45,720 nt of DNA from assembly GCA_041497735.1 (NCBI GenBank), contig JBGQHA010000001.1:1-45720 (forward strand), given 5' to 3'. The position numbers and the translations under genes are program-made. Position 1 is the stretch's first letter. The number at the start of each line of letters is the position of its first letter. Of this stretch, positions 1-7,718 are shown in pieces. The notes below the pieces were generated by a model. That model did no database searches, was not told the DNA's origin, and saw only the letters and a list, made by a program, of their open reading frames with translations. This stretch comes from Dehalococcoidia bacterium. Lineage in GTDB: Bacteria > Chloroflexota > Dehalococcoidia > DSTF01 > RBG-16-68-14.

Positions 1-720
1 CTCGTCGTAGACACCGCCGCCTTCCACAACGTCGATGCCTGCGAGAGCGAGCCGGAGCGCGCGTTCCAGGTGAACGCCGTCGGCGCGATGAACCTTGCTG
101 ATGCCTGCTCCGAGATCGGCGCGGCGCTCATGTTCATCAGCACCGACTACGTCTTCGCCGGCGACCTCGGCCGCGCGTACAGCGAGCAGGATGCGCCGGC
201 GCCCGTCAACGTCTACGGCGCGAGCAAGGTGGCTGGAGAGCAGCTCGCGCGCTCCAGGATCGAGAAGCACTACATCGTGCGCACGTCCGGCCTGTACGGT
301 GAGGCGGGATCGGGCGGAAAGGGCGGCAACTTCGTCCAGCGCATGCTGGAGCTGGGACGCAGCGGCAAAGACCTGCGCGTCGTGGACGACCAGGTGCTCT
401 CGCCGACGTTCACGTACGACCTGGCGCAGCAGCTCCTCGAACTCGCCGAGACGCATCGGTACGGCACGTACCACGTGACGAACGGCGGCTCCTGTTCGTG
501 GTACGAGTTCGCCGCGAAGATCTTCTCGCTCACCGGCACGGACGCCTCGCTCAGCCCGACGACGACGGCGGAGTTCGGCGCGAAGGCGCGCAGACCCCTA
601 TACTCGGTGCTCGAGAACGCTGCGCTGCGTGAAGCCGGGGTGCCACTGCTGCGCGACTGGCAGGAGGCGCTGGCCGATTACCTACATAGAAAAGGCGAGC
701 TGCAACCGAACGAACAGTAA
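1..720 (+). CDS. rmlD: dTDP-4-dehydrorhamnose reductase (RmlD), 5' end cut by the window edge
   Basis: Frame 1 is open from base 1 (LVVDTAAFHNVDACESEPERAFQVNAVGAM...), with no start in the window. STDYVFAGD and YGASKVAGE (SDR YxxxK) motifs and an RmlD-like sequence throughout. Stop at 718-720. Confidence 0.85.
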   Translation, partial: LVVDTAAFHNVDACESEPERAFQVNAVGAMNLADACSEIGAALMFISTDYVFAGDLGRAYSEQDAPAPVNVYGASKVAGEQLARSRIEKHYIVRTSGLYGEAGSGGKGGNFVQRMLELGRSGKDLRVVDDQVLSPTFTYDLAQQLLELAETHRYGTYHVTNGGSCSWYEFAAKIFSLTGTDASLSPTTTAEFGAKARRPLYSVLENAALREAGVPLLRDWQEALADYLHRKGELQPNEQ

Positions 721-733
721 GGAGAGGTAGATC

Positions 734-1198
734 ATGACCACTGATGCGAAAGCCAGGAACACTGTCACTGACGCGCGCGTCTCCGTGCCGCGGCTCTTCG
801 ATGATGACCGCGCCCGCCGCGCCTGCGACGTCTTCGGCTTCACGGGCGACGGCACCGTGGACATGGGCGGCGACGTCAACATCACGTGGGCCTACCCGGG
901 CCGCGTCGTCGCGTGGCACCGGCACCGGAAGCAGACCGACCACTGGTTCGTGATCAAGGGCTACCTCAAAGTGGGCCTGATGGACGACGACAAGCAGGTG
1001 AAATGGGTCTATCTTGGCGAGAACGACCGCCGCGTGCTCAGCATCCCGCCGGGTGTGTGGCATGGCTACATGGTCCTGGGTGACGAGGAAGCCGTGCTGA
1101 TGTACTACATCACGTCAAAGTACGAAGAGAAGAGCCCGGACGAAGAGCGCATGACGCCGGAGGAGTCCGGCGTCGACTGGTCGGTGCCCGTGAAGTAA
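734..1198 (+). CDS. RmlC-like cupin (dTDP-4-dehydrorhamnose 3,5-epimerase-related sugar epimerase/isomerase)
   Basis: AGGAG RBS about 8 nt upstream of the ATG. Cupin core AWHRHRKQTDHWFVIKGYLKVGLMDD ... PPGVWHGY resembles the small RmlC-like family. Lies directly downstream of rmlD. Confidence 0.6.
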   Translation: MTTDAKARNTVTDARVSVPRLFDDDRARRACDVFGFTGDGTVDMGGDVNITWAYPGRVVAWHRHRKQTDHWFVIKGYLKVGLMDDDKQVKWVYLGENDRRVLSIPPGVWHGYMVLGDEEAVLMYYITSKYEEKSPDEERMTPEESGVDWSVPVK

Positions 1199-1211
1199 GG
1201 TATCGGCTGCT

Positions 1212-2534
1212 ATGGGGAAGCGCATTCTCGTTCTCGCGGCGGCGGCCTACGGCCAGCGGATGTCTAGCCCGGGCATCCGCGCGCATCATATGGCACGCGT
1301 ACTCGTCGAGCGAGTGCCGGGCGCGCGAGTGACGCTCGCGGTTCCCGCCGACACCGCGCAAGGTGACACAAGCGGTGCGCCGTGCCGCATTGTGATGTAC
1401 ACCAAGTTCTCGATCATTCGCGAGTTGGCGAACCATGACATCATCATCGCGACGGGCTTTCCGGCATATGCGCTCTTCTTGTTCCCCTGGAAGACCTTCG
1501 TGCTCGACTTTTTCACGATGTATCTCCTGGAGTGGATGGGCGCGACCTTCGATGATCCGTACTACAAGACAGCCCGGCGCGGGGCGTGGCTGTCGCAGGC
1601 TCGGAAGTTCCTGAACATTCAGCTCACGTTTGCCGACTTCGTCCTCGCGGCGAGCGAGCGCCAGCGCGACTCTCACCTGGGTTCGATGATGAGTCTTGGG
1701 CTGGTGAGCCCGCGCGGGCATGCACAGGATCCATCGATGCGTAAACTGATCGGTGTGGCGCCGCATGGGATCCGTCCCGATCCGCTCACTCACACAAAGA
1801 GCGTCCTGAAGGGCCGGTACGCCGGCATCAAGGAGACGGACAGGCTCATCCTCTGGAACGGCGGCATCGTGAGCTGGTACGACCCGGCTACGCTCATTCG
1901 CGCGATGGCGGACATCTGCAAGGAACGGGACGATGTCAAGCTCGTATTCGTCGGATCGTCGTATCCGGGGCTCGGCAGCCTTGGCATGGGCAACCGCTTC
2001 CGGGACGCCGTGGACCTGTCGCGAGAGCTCGGCCTCTACAACCAGAGTATCTTCTTCGATATCGGCTGGGTTGGCTACGAGGAAATGAAGAACTACACGC
2101 TTGAGGCCGACATCAGCGTGTGCACCTACTTTCAAGGACTCGAAACCAACTTCTCCTTGCGCACTCGCTTTCTCGACGTCTTCTGGGGTGAGATCCCGCT
2201 CGTCTGCACGCAGGGTGACGTGCTGGCTGAGCTCGTCGAGGAGCACCGCCTCGGGCTGACCGTTGGCGAAGCCGACGTCGCCGGCGTCGCGGCGGCGATT
2301 CGCAGGCTGCTCGACGACCGGGAGTACTTCGAAGAGTGCAAGCGAAATATTCACGTTGCCAAGCGATGCATGACGTGGGATGTCGCCCTCGATCCGTTGA
2401 TCAGGTTCTGCATCGAAGGCGAGTCTATCGCGAAGCCGAAACGAGAGCGCGTCATGCCCCTCGTCGGGCGCATTGCGGGGCATGAGATTACGAGGCGGGT
2501 GCGGTCCCTCAGAGCTGCGTTCTTGAGATTCTGA
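1212..2534 (+). CDS. GT-B fold glycosyltransferase (GT1/GT4 clan), paralogue 1
   Basis: 440 aa. The C-terminal Rossmann half (ILWNGGIVSWYDPATLIRAMADICKERDDVKLVFVGSSYPG ... EADISVCTYFQGLETNFSLRTRFLDVFWGEIPLVCT) aligns with the next gene. Confidence 0.7.
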   Translation: MGKRILVLAAAAYGQRMSSPGIRAHHMARVLVERVPGARVTLAVPADTAQGDTSGAPCRIVMYTKFSIIRELANHDIIIATGFPAYALFLFPWKTFVLDFFTMYLLEWMGATFDDPYYKTARRGAWLSQARKFLNIQLTFADFVLAASERQRDSHLGSMMSLGLVSPRGHAQDPSMRKLIGVAPHGIRPDPLTHTKSVLKGRYAGIKETDRLILWNGGIVSWYDPATLIRAMADICKERDDVKLVFVGSSYPGLGSLGMGNRFRDAVDLSRELGLYNQSIFFDIGWVGYEEMKNYTLEADISVCTYFQGLETNFSLRTRFLDVFWGEIPLVCTQGDVLAELVEEHRLGLTVGEADVAGVAAAIRRLLDDREYFEECKRNIHVAKRCMTWDVALDPLIRFCIEGESIAKPKRERVMPLVGRIAGHEITRRVRSLRAAFLRF

Positions 2535-3934
2535 TGGTTGGCAAGAACTCCGACATCCTCGTCCTCACCCGCGACCACATCGGCGCGCGGATGGCGAGCC
2601 CGGGCATCCGGATGTTCAACATCGCGCGCGTGCTGGCGAACCAGCTCCCGGATCGCAGCGTGACGCTGGCGGTGCCGGCGGACTCGCAGCTACCGGATGG
2701 CAAGTTGCCGTTCGACGTGGTGCCGTACAAGCACCGGTCCGTCTTGCAGGCGGCGGGCCGCAGCGGCACACTGATCTCGAACTACTTCCCGCCGTATCTC
2801 TATCCTGTGATGGCAAACCGGCGCGTCATCCTCGATCTGTTCAGCCCATTCACCGAGCGACTCGAGGTGGCGCACTCGAAAGGGCGCGGCGCAGAAGCCT
2901 ACTTCGGGTCGTACACGAGAGAGCTCGTTTCCCAGCTACTGCTGACCGACCTCGTGCTCTGCGCTTCGGACCGGCAGCGCGACCTCTATTTCGGGATGCT
3001 GAGCGCGCTTGGCAACATCGAACCACAGGCGTACGACAGGGACCGCTGGCTCTCGGATCTGATCGTCCAGGCGCCGTTCGGAGTGCGCGAGGGCGAACCG
3101 AGGGCGACGCGCCCGGTGCTTCGCGGCGTGTGGCCGGGCATCGACGCCGGGGACACGGTCCTGATTTGGAACGGCGTGATTATCGAATGGTACGATCTCT
3201 TCACGCTGATCCGGGCGATCGCCCGGATCAGCGAAACACGCTCTGACATCAAGCTGTTTTTCTTGGGCACAGAGCATCCGGACAATCCCGGCGTGGCGAA
3301 GCTACAGGGGCTTGGCGGTGGCACGGTTCGCGCAGCCTTACAGCAGTGCGATGACCTGGGGCTGCTTAATCGCTCGGTCTTCTTCAACTTCGACTGGGTG
3401 GACTACGGGGACACGGCCAACTACCTCTGCGAGGCGGACATCGGCGTCTGCACGTACTTCGAGAACGTGGAGACGCGCTTCGCGTTCCGCTCGCGCTACG
3501 CCGACCTGCTGTGGGCCGGGCTGCCTATCATCTGCACGCGGGGAGACGTGTGGGCCGAGATGGTGGAACGCAGGCCGCTCGGCATCGCGGTTGCAGAACG
3601 AGACGAACCGGCGCTCGTCCACGCCATTGCGCGGCTTGCCGATGACCGCGCGTTCGGCCAGCAGTGCAAACAGAACCTCCGCGAAGAACGCGAGCGCTTC
3701 CGATGGGAACGCGTGTTGGAACGCCTAGTCCAGTACTGTCGGGACGAGCCCCAGACGAGGAGCAAGTGGGCGCGATTGCCATCGGTCGCCTCACTTCTGG
3801 CGGCGAACAAGCTGACCGCCCTAGAAGAAGGCGGCCTCGTGCGCGCAGCGCAGCTATACCGCCGCGCGCGAGGCGCGGTGCGAGCTGTCGGCGCCGCGGC
3901 GTTGGGCGGCTCGGCGAAACGGGGCCTTCCTTGA
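2534..3934 (+). CDS. GT-B fold glycosyltransferase, paralogue 2
   Basis: The ATG overlaps the upstream stop (TGATG at 2532-2536). VLIWNGVIIEWYDLFTLIRAIARISETRSDIKLFFLGTEHPDNPG ... EADIGVCTYFENVETRFAFRSRYADLLWAGLPIICT is clearly paralogous to 1212-2534. Confidence 0.7.
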   Translation: MVGKNSDILVLTRDHIGARMASPGIRMFNIARVLANQLPDRSVTLAVPADSQLPDGKLPFDVVPYKHRSVLQAAGRSGTLISNYFPPYLYPVMANRRVILDLFSPFTERLEVAHSKGRGAEAYFGSYTRELVSQLLLTDLVLCASDRQRDLYFGMLSALGNIEPQAYDRDRWLSDLIVQAPFGVREGEPRATRPVLRGVWPGIDAGDTVLIWNGVIIEWYDLFTLIRAIARISETRSDIKLFFLGTEHPDNPGVAKLQGLGGGTVRAALQQCDDLGLLNRSVFFNFDWVDYGDTANYLCEADIGVCTYFENVETRFAFRSRYADLLWAGLPIICTRGDVWAEMVERRPLGIAVAERDEPALVHAIARLADDRAFGQQCKQNLREERERFRWERVLERLVQYCRDEPQTRSKWARLPSVASLLAANKLTALEEGGLVRAAQLYRRARGAVRAVGAAALGGSAKRGLP

Positions 3935-4770
3935 GCCAGCGCTCGCTCGCCCCGGGACGCCCGCTGGCGGACGAACAGCTACGGACCGAAGGGACGCTGG
4001 CGTCTCATGGCGGGTGGGCGCGAGCCTGGGACCTGTTGTTCGCCCTGACGACACGAGAGCTGATGCTGCGGTATCGAGGCACCGTGCTGGGCTACCTCTG
4101 GTGGGTCGCCCGTCCGTTGGTACTTGGTCTCGTCCTCTGGTTCGCGCTGCGCAAGGTGCTCGACGTTCAGGTGCCGCACTACCCGCTGTTCATCATGACC
4201 GGGCTGTTCCCCTGGTTCTGGTTCTCGTCCGCCGTGTCCGAGGCGTCGGGCGTGATGCTCGGCCACTCGACCATGGTAAAGAAGGTCGTCTTCCCGCGAG
4301 CGATCCTGCCGCTCTCTTCTGCCGCCGGCAACGTCGCGCAGTTCATCTTTACGCTCCCGGTGCTGCTGGTATTCCTTGTCGTCGGCCACGTGCACCCGTC
4401 ACCGATGTGGCTCGTTGGGATCCCGTTGCTCATCTTGTTGCAATTCGCGCTGACGGTCGGCATCGGGCTGACGCTGTCCGTGCTTAATGTCTTCTTCCGC
4501 GACATTTCGCCGCTCATCGACGTCAGCATGACCATGCTGTTCTACGGATCAGCGGTGATCTTCCCGCTCGATCGCGTCCCTCACGGCATCAGGCCGTTCC
4601 TCCTGCTCAACCCGCTCACCACGCTGATGGAGGCCTGGCGAACCGTGCTGCTGGATGGACAGCTACCGCACCGTGACATCTTTTCCGCCGTCGGCCTCGC
4701 GGTTGGCGGTCTCCTCGCCGGCGTCACGGTGTTTCGGGCGTTAGAAAGGTATATTGCGGATGCGCTCTGA
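3931..4770 (+). CDS. wzm: ABC-2 type polysaccharide export permease (Wzm/TagG family)
   Basis: The ORF track runs from 3664, but that part overlaps the upstream GT. An in-frame TTG at 3931 overlaps the upstream TGA (TTGA). ELMLRYRGTVLGYLWWVARPL signature followed by about 6 hydrophobic helices. About 279 aa, typical for Wzm. The start is uncertain. Confidence 0.8.
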   Translation: MSQRSLAPGRPLADEQLRTEGTLASHGGWARAWDLLFALTTRELMLRYRGTVLGYLWWVARPLVLGLVLWFALRKVLDVQVPHYPLFIMTGLFPWFWFSSAVSEASGVMLGHSTMVKKVVFPRAILPLSSAAGNVAQFIFTLPVLLVFLVVGHVHPSPMWLVGIPLLILLQFALTVGIGLTLSVLNVFFRDISPLIDVSMTMLFYGSAVIFPLDRVPHGIRPFLLLNPLTTLMEAWRTVLLDGQLPHRDIFSAVGLAVGGLLAGVTVFRALERYIADAL

Positions 4771-5635
4771 CGATATTGCGCTGTCCGTGGACAACGTCTC
4801 GAAGCGCTTTCTCGTCGCGCAGATGCGTCCCTGGCGCGCGAGCGAGGCACTCCTACACCCTATCTCCTTCACGCGCGAAGTGCTCTTTGGCGAGCCGTTC
4901 TGGGCGCTCCATGACATTACGGTGAACGTCAGGAGCGGCGAGTTTCTCGGCATCATCGGGCAGAACGGGTCCGGCAAGAGCACGCTCCTGCGCGTCATGG
5001 CCGGCCTTTCGCCGCCAACGACGGGTCGCGTCACAGCGCGGGGCCGCGTCGCCTCCATCCTGGACCTGGGCGCGGGGTTTCACCCGCTGGCCACCGGCCG
5101 CGAGAATGCGTTCATCAACGGGCTGCTGCTGGGGCTCTCGAAGGAAGAGATCCGCGCGAAGCTCCCCGAGATCCTGCGCTTCGCCGAGCTGGAGGAGTTC
5201 GCCGACCGGCCAATGCGCACGTATTCGAGCGGGATGACGCTCAGGCTCTCATTCGCCGTAGCGGTGCACGTGCGGCCGGACATCTTCCTGATCGATGAGG
5301 TGCTCGCCGTCGGCGACGCGGACTTCCAGGAAAAGTGCTTCTCTCACTTCGAGTCGCTCAAGCGCGAAGGCGTAACGATCGTGTTCGTGTCGCACGACCT
5401 TGGCAGCGTCGAGCGGTTTTCCGACCGTGTGCTGCTGCTTGAGGCTGGACGCATCAGCGCGAGCGGCGACGCCCGCGACATCGTCAGTAAGTACTTGCAG
5501 GACCTGGCAGAACGATCACCGGCCGCGCGAAGACAGCTGGAGCAGGCGTTGCGCCGCGCACTGGCGGCTTGGCGAGAGAATGACCGGATCGAAAGCGAAG
5601 ACAGCAGCTCGGTCGGCGCGGAGGAGCGATCGTAG
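4760..5635 (+). CDS. wzt: ABC transporter ATP-binding protein (Wzt/TagH family), no obvious C-terminal carbohydrate-binding module
   Basis: Walker A GQNGSGKST, signature YSSGMTLRL, Walker B IFLIDEVLAVGD. The ATG at 4760 overlaps the wzm 3' end (track start is a TTG at 4754). Only about 50 aa follow the NBD. Confidence 0.9.
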   Translation: MRSDDIALSVDNVSKRFLVAQMRPWRASEALLHPISFTREVLFGEPFWALHDITVNVRSGEFLGIIGQNGSGKSTLLRVMAGLSPPTTGRVTARGRVASILDLGAGFHPLATGRENAFINGLLLGLSKEEIRAKLPEILRFAELEEFADRPMRTYSSGMTLRLSFAVAVHVRPDIFLIDEVLAVGDADFQEKCFSHFESLKREGVTIVFVSHDLGSVERFSDRVLLLEAGRISASGDARDIVSKYLQDLAERSPAARRQLEQALRRALAAWRENDRIESEDSSSVGAEERS

Positions 5636-6232
5636 ATGGACGCGCTACGCGGCCCGTGCCCGCCCGTGAAGGTTGACCTTGGCTGCGGCAGAAGGAAGGT
5701 GCCGGGGTCGATCGGCGTCGACATCGTTCCTGCGCCGGCCGTGAATGTCGTCGCCGACTTTCGACAGGGGCTGCCGTTCAGAGACGACTCCATCGATGCC
5801 GTGTATGCCTACCACCTGCTGGAGCACATGGATGACTTCATGGGCTTCATGGAGGAGATCTGGCGCATCTGCACGGACGGCGCGCACGTCTACATCAAGG
5901 TGCCGCACGCCGCTTCGCCGTTCGTGACGTGGAAGGACCCGACGCACAAGCGCGGGCTCTTCATCGCCACATTCGCGTACTTCGACGTCACGTACTTCGA
6001 CGGCTCGGCGTTTTCGTATTATTCGAAGGCCAAGTTCCGTATCGAGAAAGCGCGGCTCAACTTCTCGATCGATAACGGGCAGAGCTTCCCCTTCCTGCGC
6101 CGCACGGCGAACCAGCTCGTCCACGTCTTCGCGAACAGGAGCCGCACGACGCAGTACCTCTGCGAGCGCTTCTGGGGTCCGCTTGTGGGCATCGAGGAAG
6201 CGGTGCTTCTCCTGCGCGCGCTCAAGGCCTAG
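5636..6232 (+). CDS. Class I SAM-dependent methyltransferase (Methyltransf_11-like)
   Basis: The ATG directly follows the wzt stop (TAGATG). Motif I VDLGCGRRK; later DSIDAVYAYHLLEHMDD. Confidence 0.8.
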   Translation: MDALRGPCPPVKVDLGCGRRKVPGSIGVDIVPAPAVNVVADFRQGLPFRDDSIDAVYAYHLLEHMDDFMGFMEEIWRICTDGAHVYIKVPHAASPFVTWKDPTHKRGLFIATFAYFDVTYFDGSAFSYYSKAKFRIEKARLNFSIDNGQSFPFLRRTANQLVHVFANRSRTTQYLCERFWGPLVGIEEAVLLLRALKA

Positions 6233-6245
6233 CGCGCGAACGCTT

Positions 6246-7625
6246 CTAACGTCCCTTGTTCGGATTGCGGCGGCGCAGAAGACTCCGAGTCTGCGTGGCT
6301 GCCTTGTAGACGATGCTGGAGCGCAGGGCGCCGACGAACGAGAGGATGTCTTTGAGATCGTCGGCGATGGAGTCGAGGCGGCTATCCAGACGCCGTTCGA
6401 GCGCGTCGACCCGCGCCGCCATCTGCTGCAGATCGTCATCGACCTGCGAGGCGACCTGCCAGAGCTGCGCTGACTGTGTCGTCGCGATCTGGCGCAGCAG
6501 AGCAGCGTCGCCCGCGCGCGCAGCAGCGTCTTCGATGGCGGTCGGATCGGTCTGGCCGGACAGCGCTCGATAATCGGGAGGGCTGTATCCCTGCTCAAGG
6601 CAGAGTGCGCGGAAGCAGATGCCGCCGGGATGGTACTCGCCTGAGACGCAAAGCTGCTCTGAATCGCCGTCGGGCTGGTCGGAAAGGATCGGTGCGACGG
6701 CCGCACCCTCCCGGCCATCCCATGAGCTCAGGACGAGCCGGTAGTCGCGGCCGGCGGAGCTGGAGATCGGCGAGAAGATGAACGCGCTCCAGACGCCATC
6801 GACGATGTGCTGTCCAAGCTGCCTTCGTTCGGCGACGAGCCGGCCTGTGGCTTCGTCGCGGAGCTCGCACTTGACGTGGCAGAAGTTCATGCGCCCGCCG
6901 GTGCGAAACTTCATGTCGATCCGCGCCAGGCTGTCCGCCGGACAGCGAAACGTCTGCTCGACTGTGACGCCCGCACGCAGCTCAGGGAGCGCGTTCTCGC
7001 CCGAGGCCGACTCGTGAACGATCGCATCCAGTACCGGCTCGAAACGCAGCAGCGGGCCGCCGTAGGCGCTCTCGGGCCAGTTCGCCTCGAGCGCCGCAGC
7101 GGATGCCGCGAACGCGACTTGGGCGTCCGGCGCGGCGCTCTTCTGGGCCGCCGCGAGGACGGTGTGGGGCGCGAGCGGGTCGCCCTGGTACCAGACGGCT
7201 CGGACCGGGAACGGCCGCAGCAACAGATCGAACGCGGCAGGAGTGAAGCGCCAGTAGTCCCAGGGATGATTGTGGATCGGAAAGTTCATCACGGAGCCGA
7301 TCAGCACCAGTCCGTCGTCGCGCAAGATACGATGCGCCTCGCGAAGGGCCAGCAGCGGGTCCTGCACGTGCTCGAGCGTGTCCATCATCACGACGGAGCC
7401 GACACTGCCGTCGGCGACGCCGAGCTGGTGTGTATCGAGCAGCACATCGACGGCAGGGCCAGGCAGGAAATCGCCGCCGATGTAGCGCTTGTCCGCGAAG
7501 CAGGGACGCAGCTCGGCGTAGTCTTCCTGGCCCTCCGCTGGGCGCGAGCCGATCTCGAGCACGGGCTCGGGAACAGAAAAGGCCTTCGCGGCCATCACGG
7601 TAAACGTCTTGACGTTGTCTCTCAT
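6246..7625 (-). CDS. SAM-dependent methyltransferase with a central beta-rich domain and a C-terminal coiled-coil and basic tail
   Basis: N-terminus LEIGSRPAEGQ ... GSVGSVVMMDTLEHVQDP ... LRDDGLVLI (class I MT). C-terminus QLWQVASQVDDDLQQMAARVDALERRLDSRLDSIADDLKDILSF shows heptad-like periodicity, then RSLLRRRNPNKGR. Confidence 0.75.
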   Translation of the reverse strand: MRDNVKTFTVMAAKAFSVPEPVLEIGSRPAEGQEDYAELRPCFADKRYIGGDFLPGPAVDVLLDTHQLGVADGSVGSVVMMDTLEHVQDPLLALREAHRILRDDGLVLIGSVMNFPIHNHPWDYWRFTPAAFDLLLRPFPVRAVWYQGDPLAPHTVLAAAQKSAAPDAQVAFAASAAALEANWPESAYGGPLLRFEPVLDAIVHESASGENALPELRAGVTVEQTFRCPADSLARIDMKFRTGGRMNFCHVKCELRDEATGRLVAERRQLGQHIVDGVWSAFIFSPISSSAGRDYRLVLSSWDGREGAAVAPILSDQPDGDSEQLCVSGEYHPGGICFRALCLEQGYSPPDYRALSGQTDPTAIEDAAARAGDAALLRQIATTQSAQLWQVASQVDDDLQQMAARVDALERRLDSRLDSIADDLKDILSFVGALRSSIVYKAATQTRSLLRRRNPNKGR

Positions 7626-7718
7626 GTTCCGGTCGATCTCTGCGTCATTCTACGCGACCGAGAAAGCTGCCACCAAGCCCCTTCGAGCGGCGGGCCGCGT
7701 GTGGTGAGCCTGACGTCC

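Noticed and set aside
1110-2483. A 457-aa minus-strand ORF antisense to the glycosyltransferase at 1212-2534. Similar long shadow ORFs occur at 5645-6718, 6807-7856, 8046-8981, 17843-18919, 21241-22494, 26714-28147, 28729-29877, 30106-31551, 33234-34010 and 44124-45011.
   Set aside because: Their translations are Arg/Ala/Pro/His-rich and low in complexity, with no recognisable motifs. Each lies entirely inside a CDS on the other strand or frame that has clear family signatures. This is the expected behaviour of high-GC DNA.
6246-7625. Direct homology of the methyltransferase/coiled-coil protein, or of the 36838-38453 pair, to WbdD.
   Set aside because: WbdD has a eukaryotic-like kinase fold and a different domain order. 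I could not see sequence-level similarity beyond the generic class I methyltransferase motifs. This is treated as a functional analogy only.
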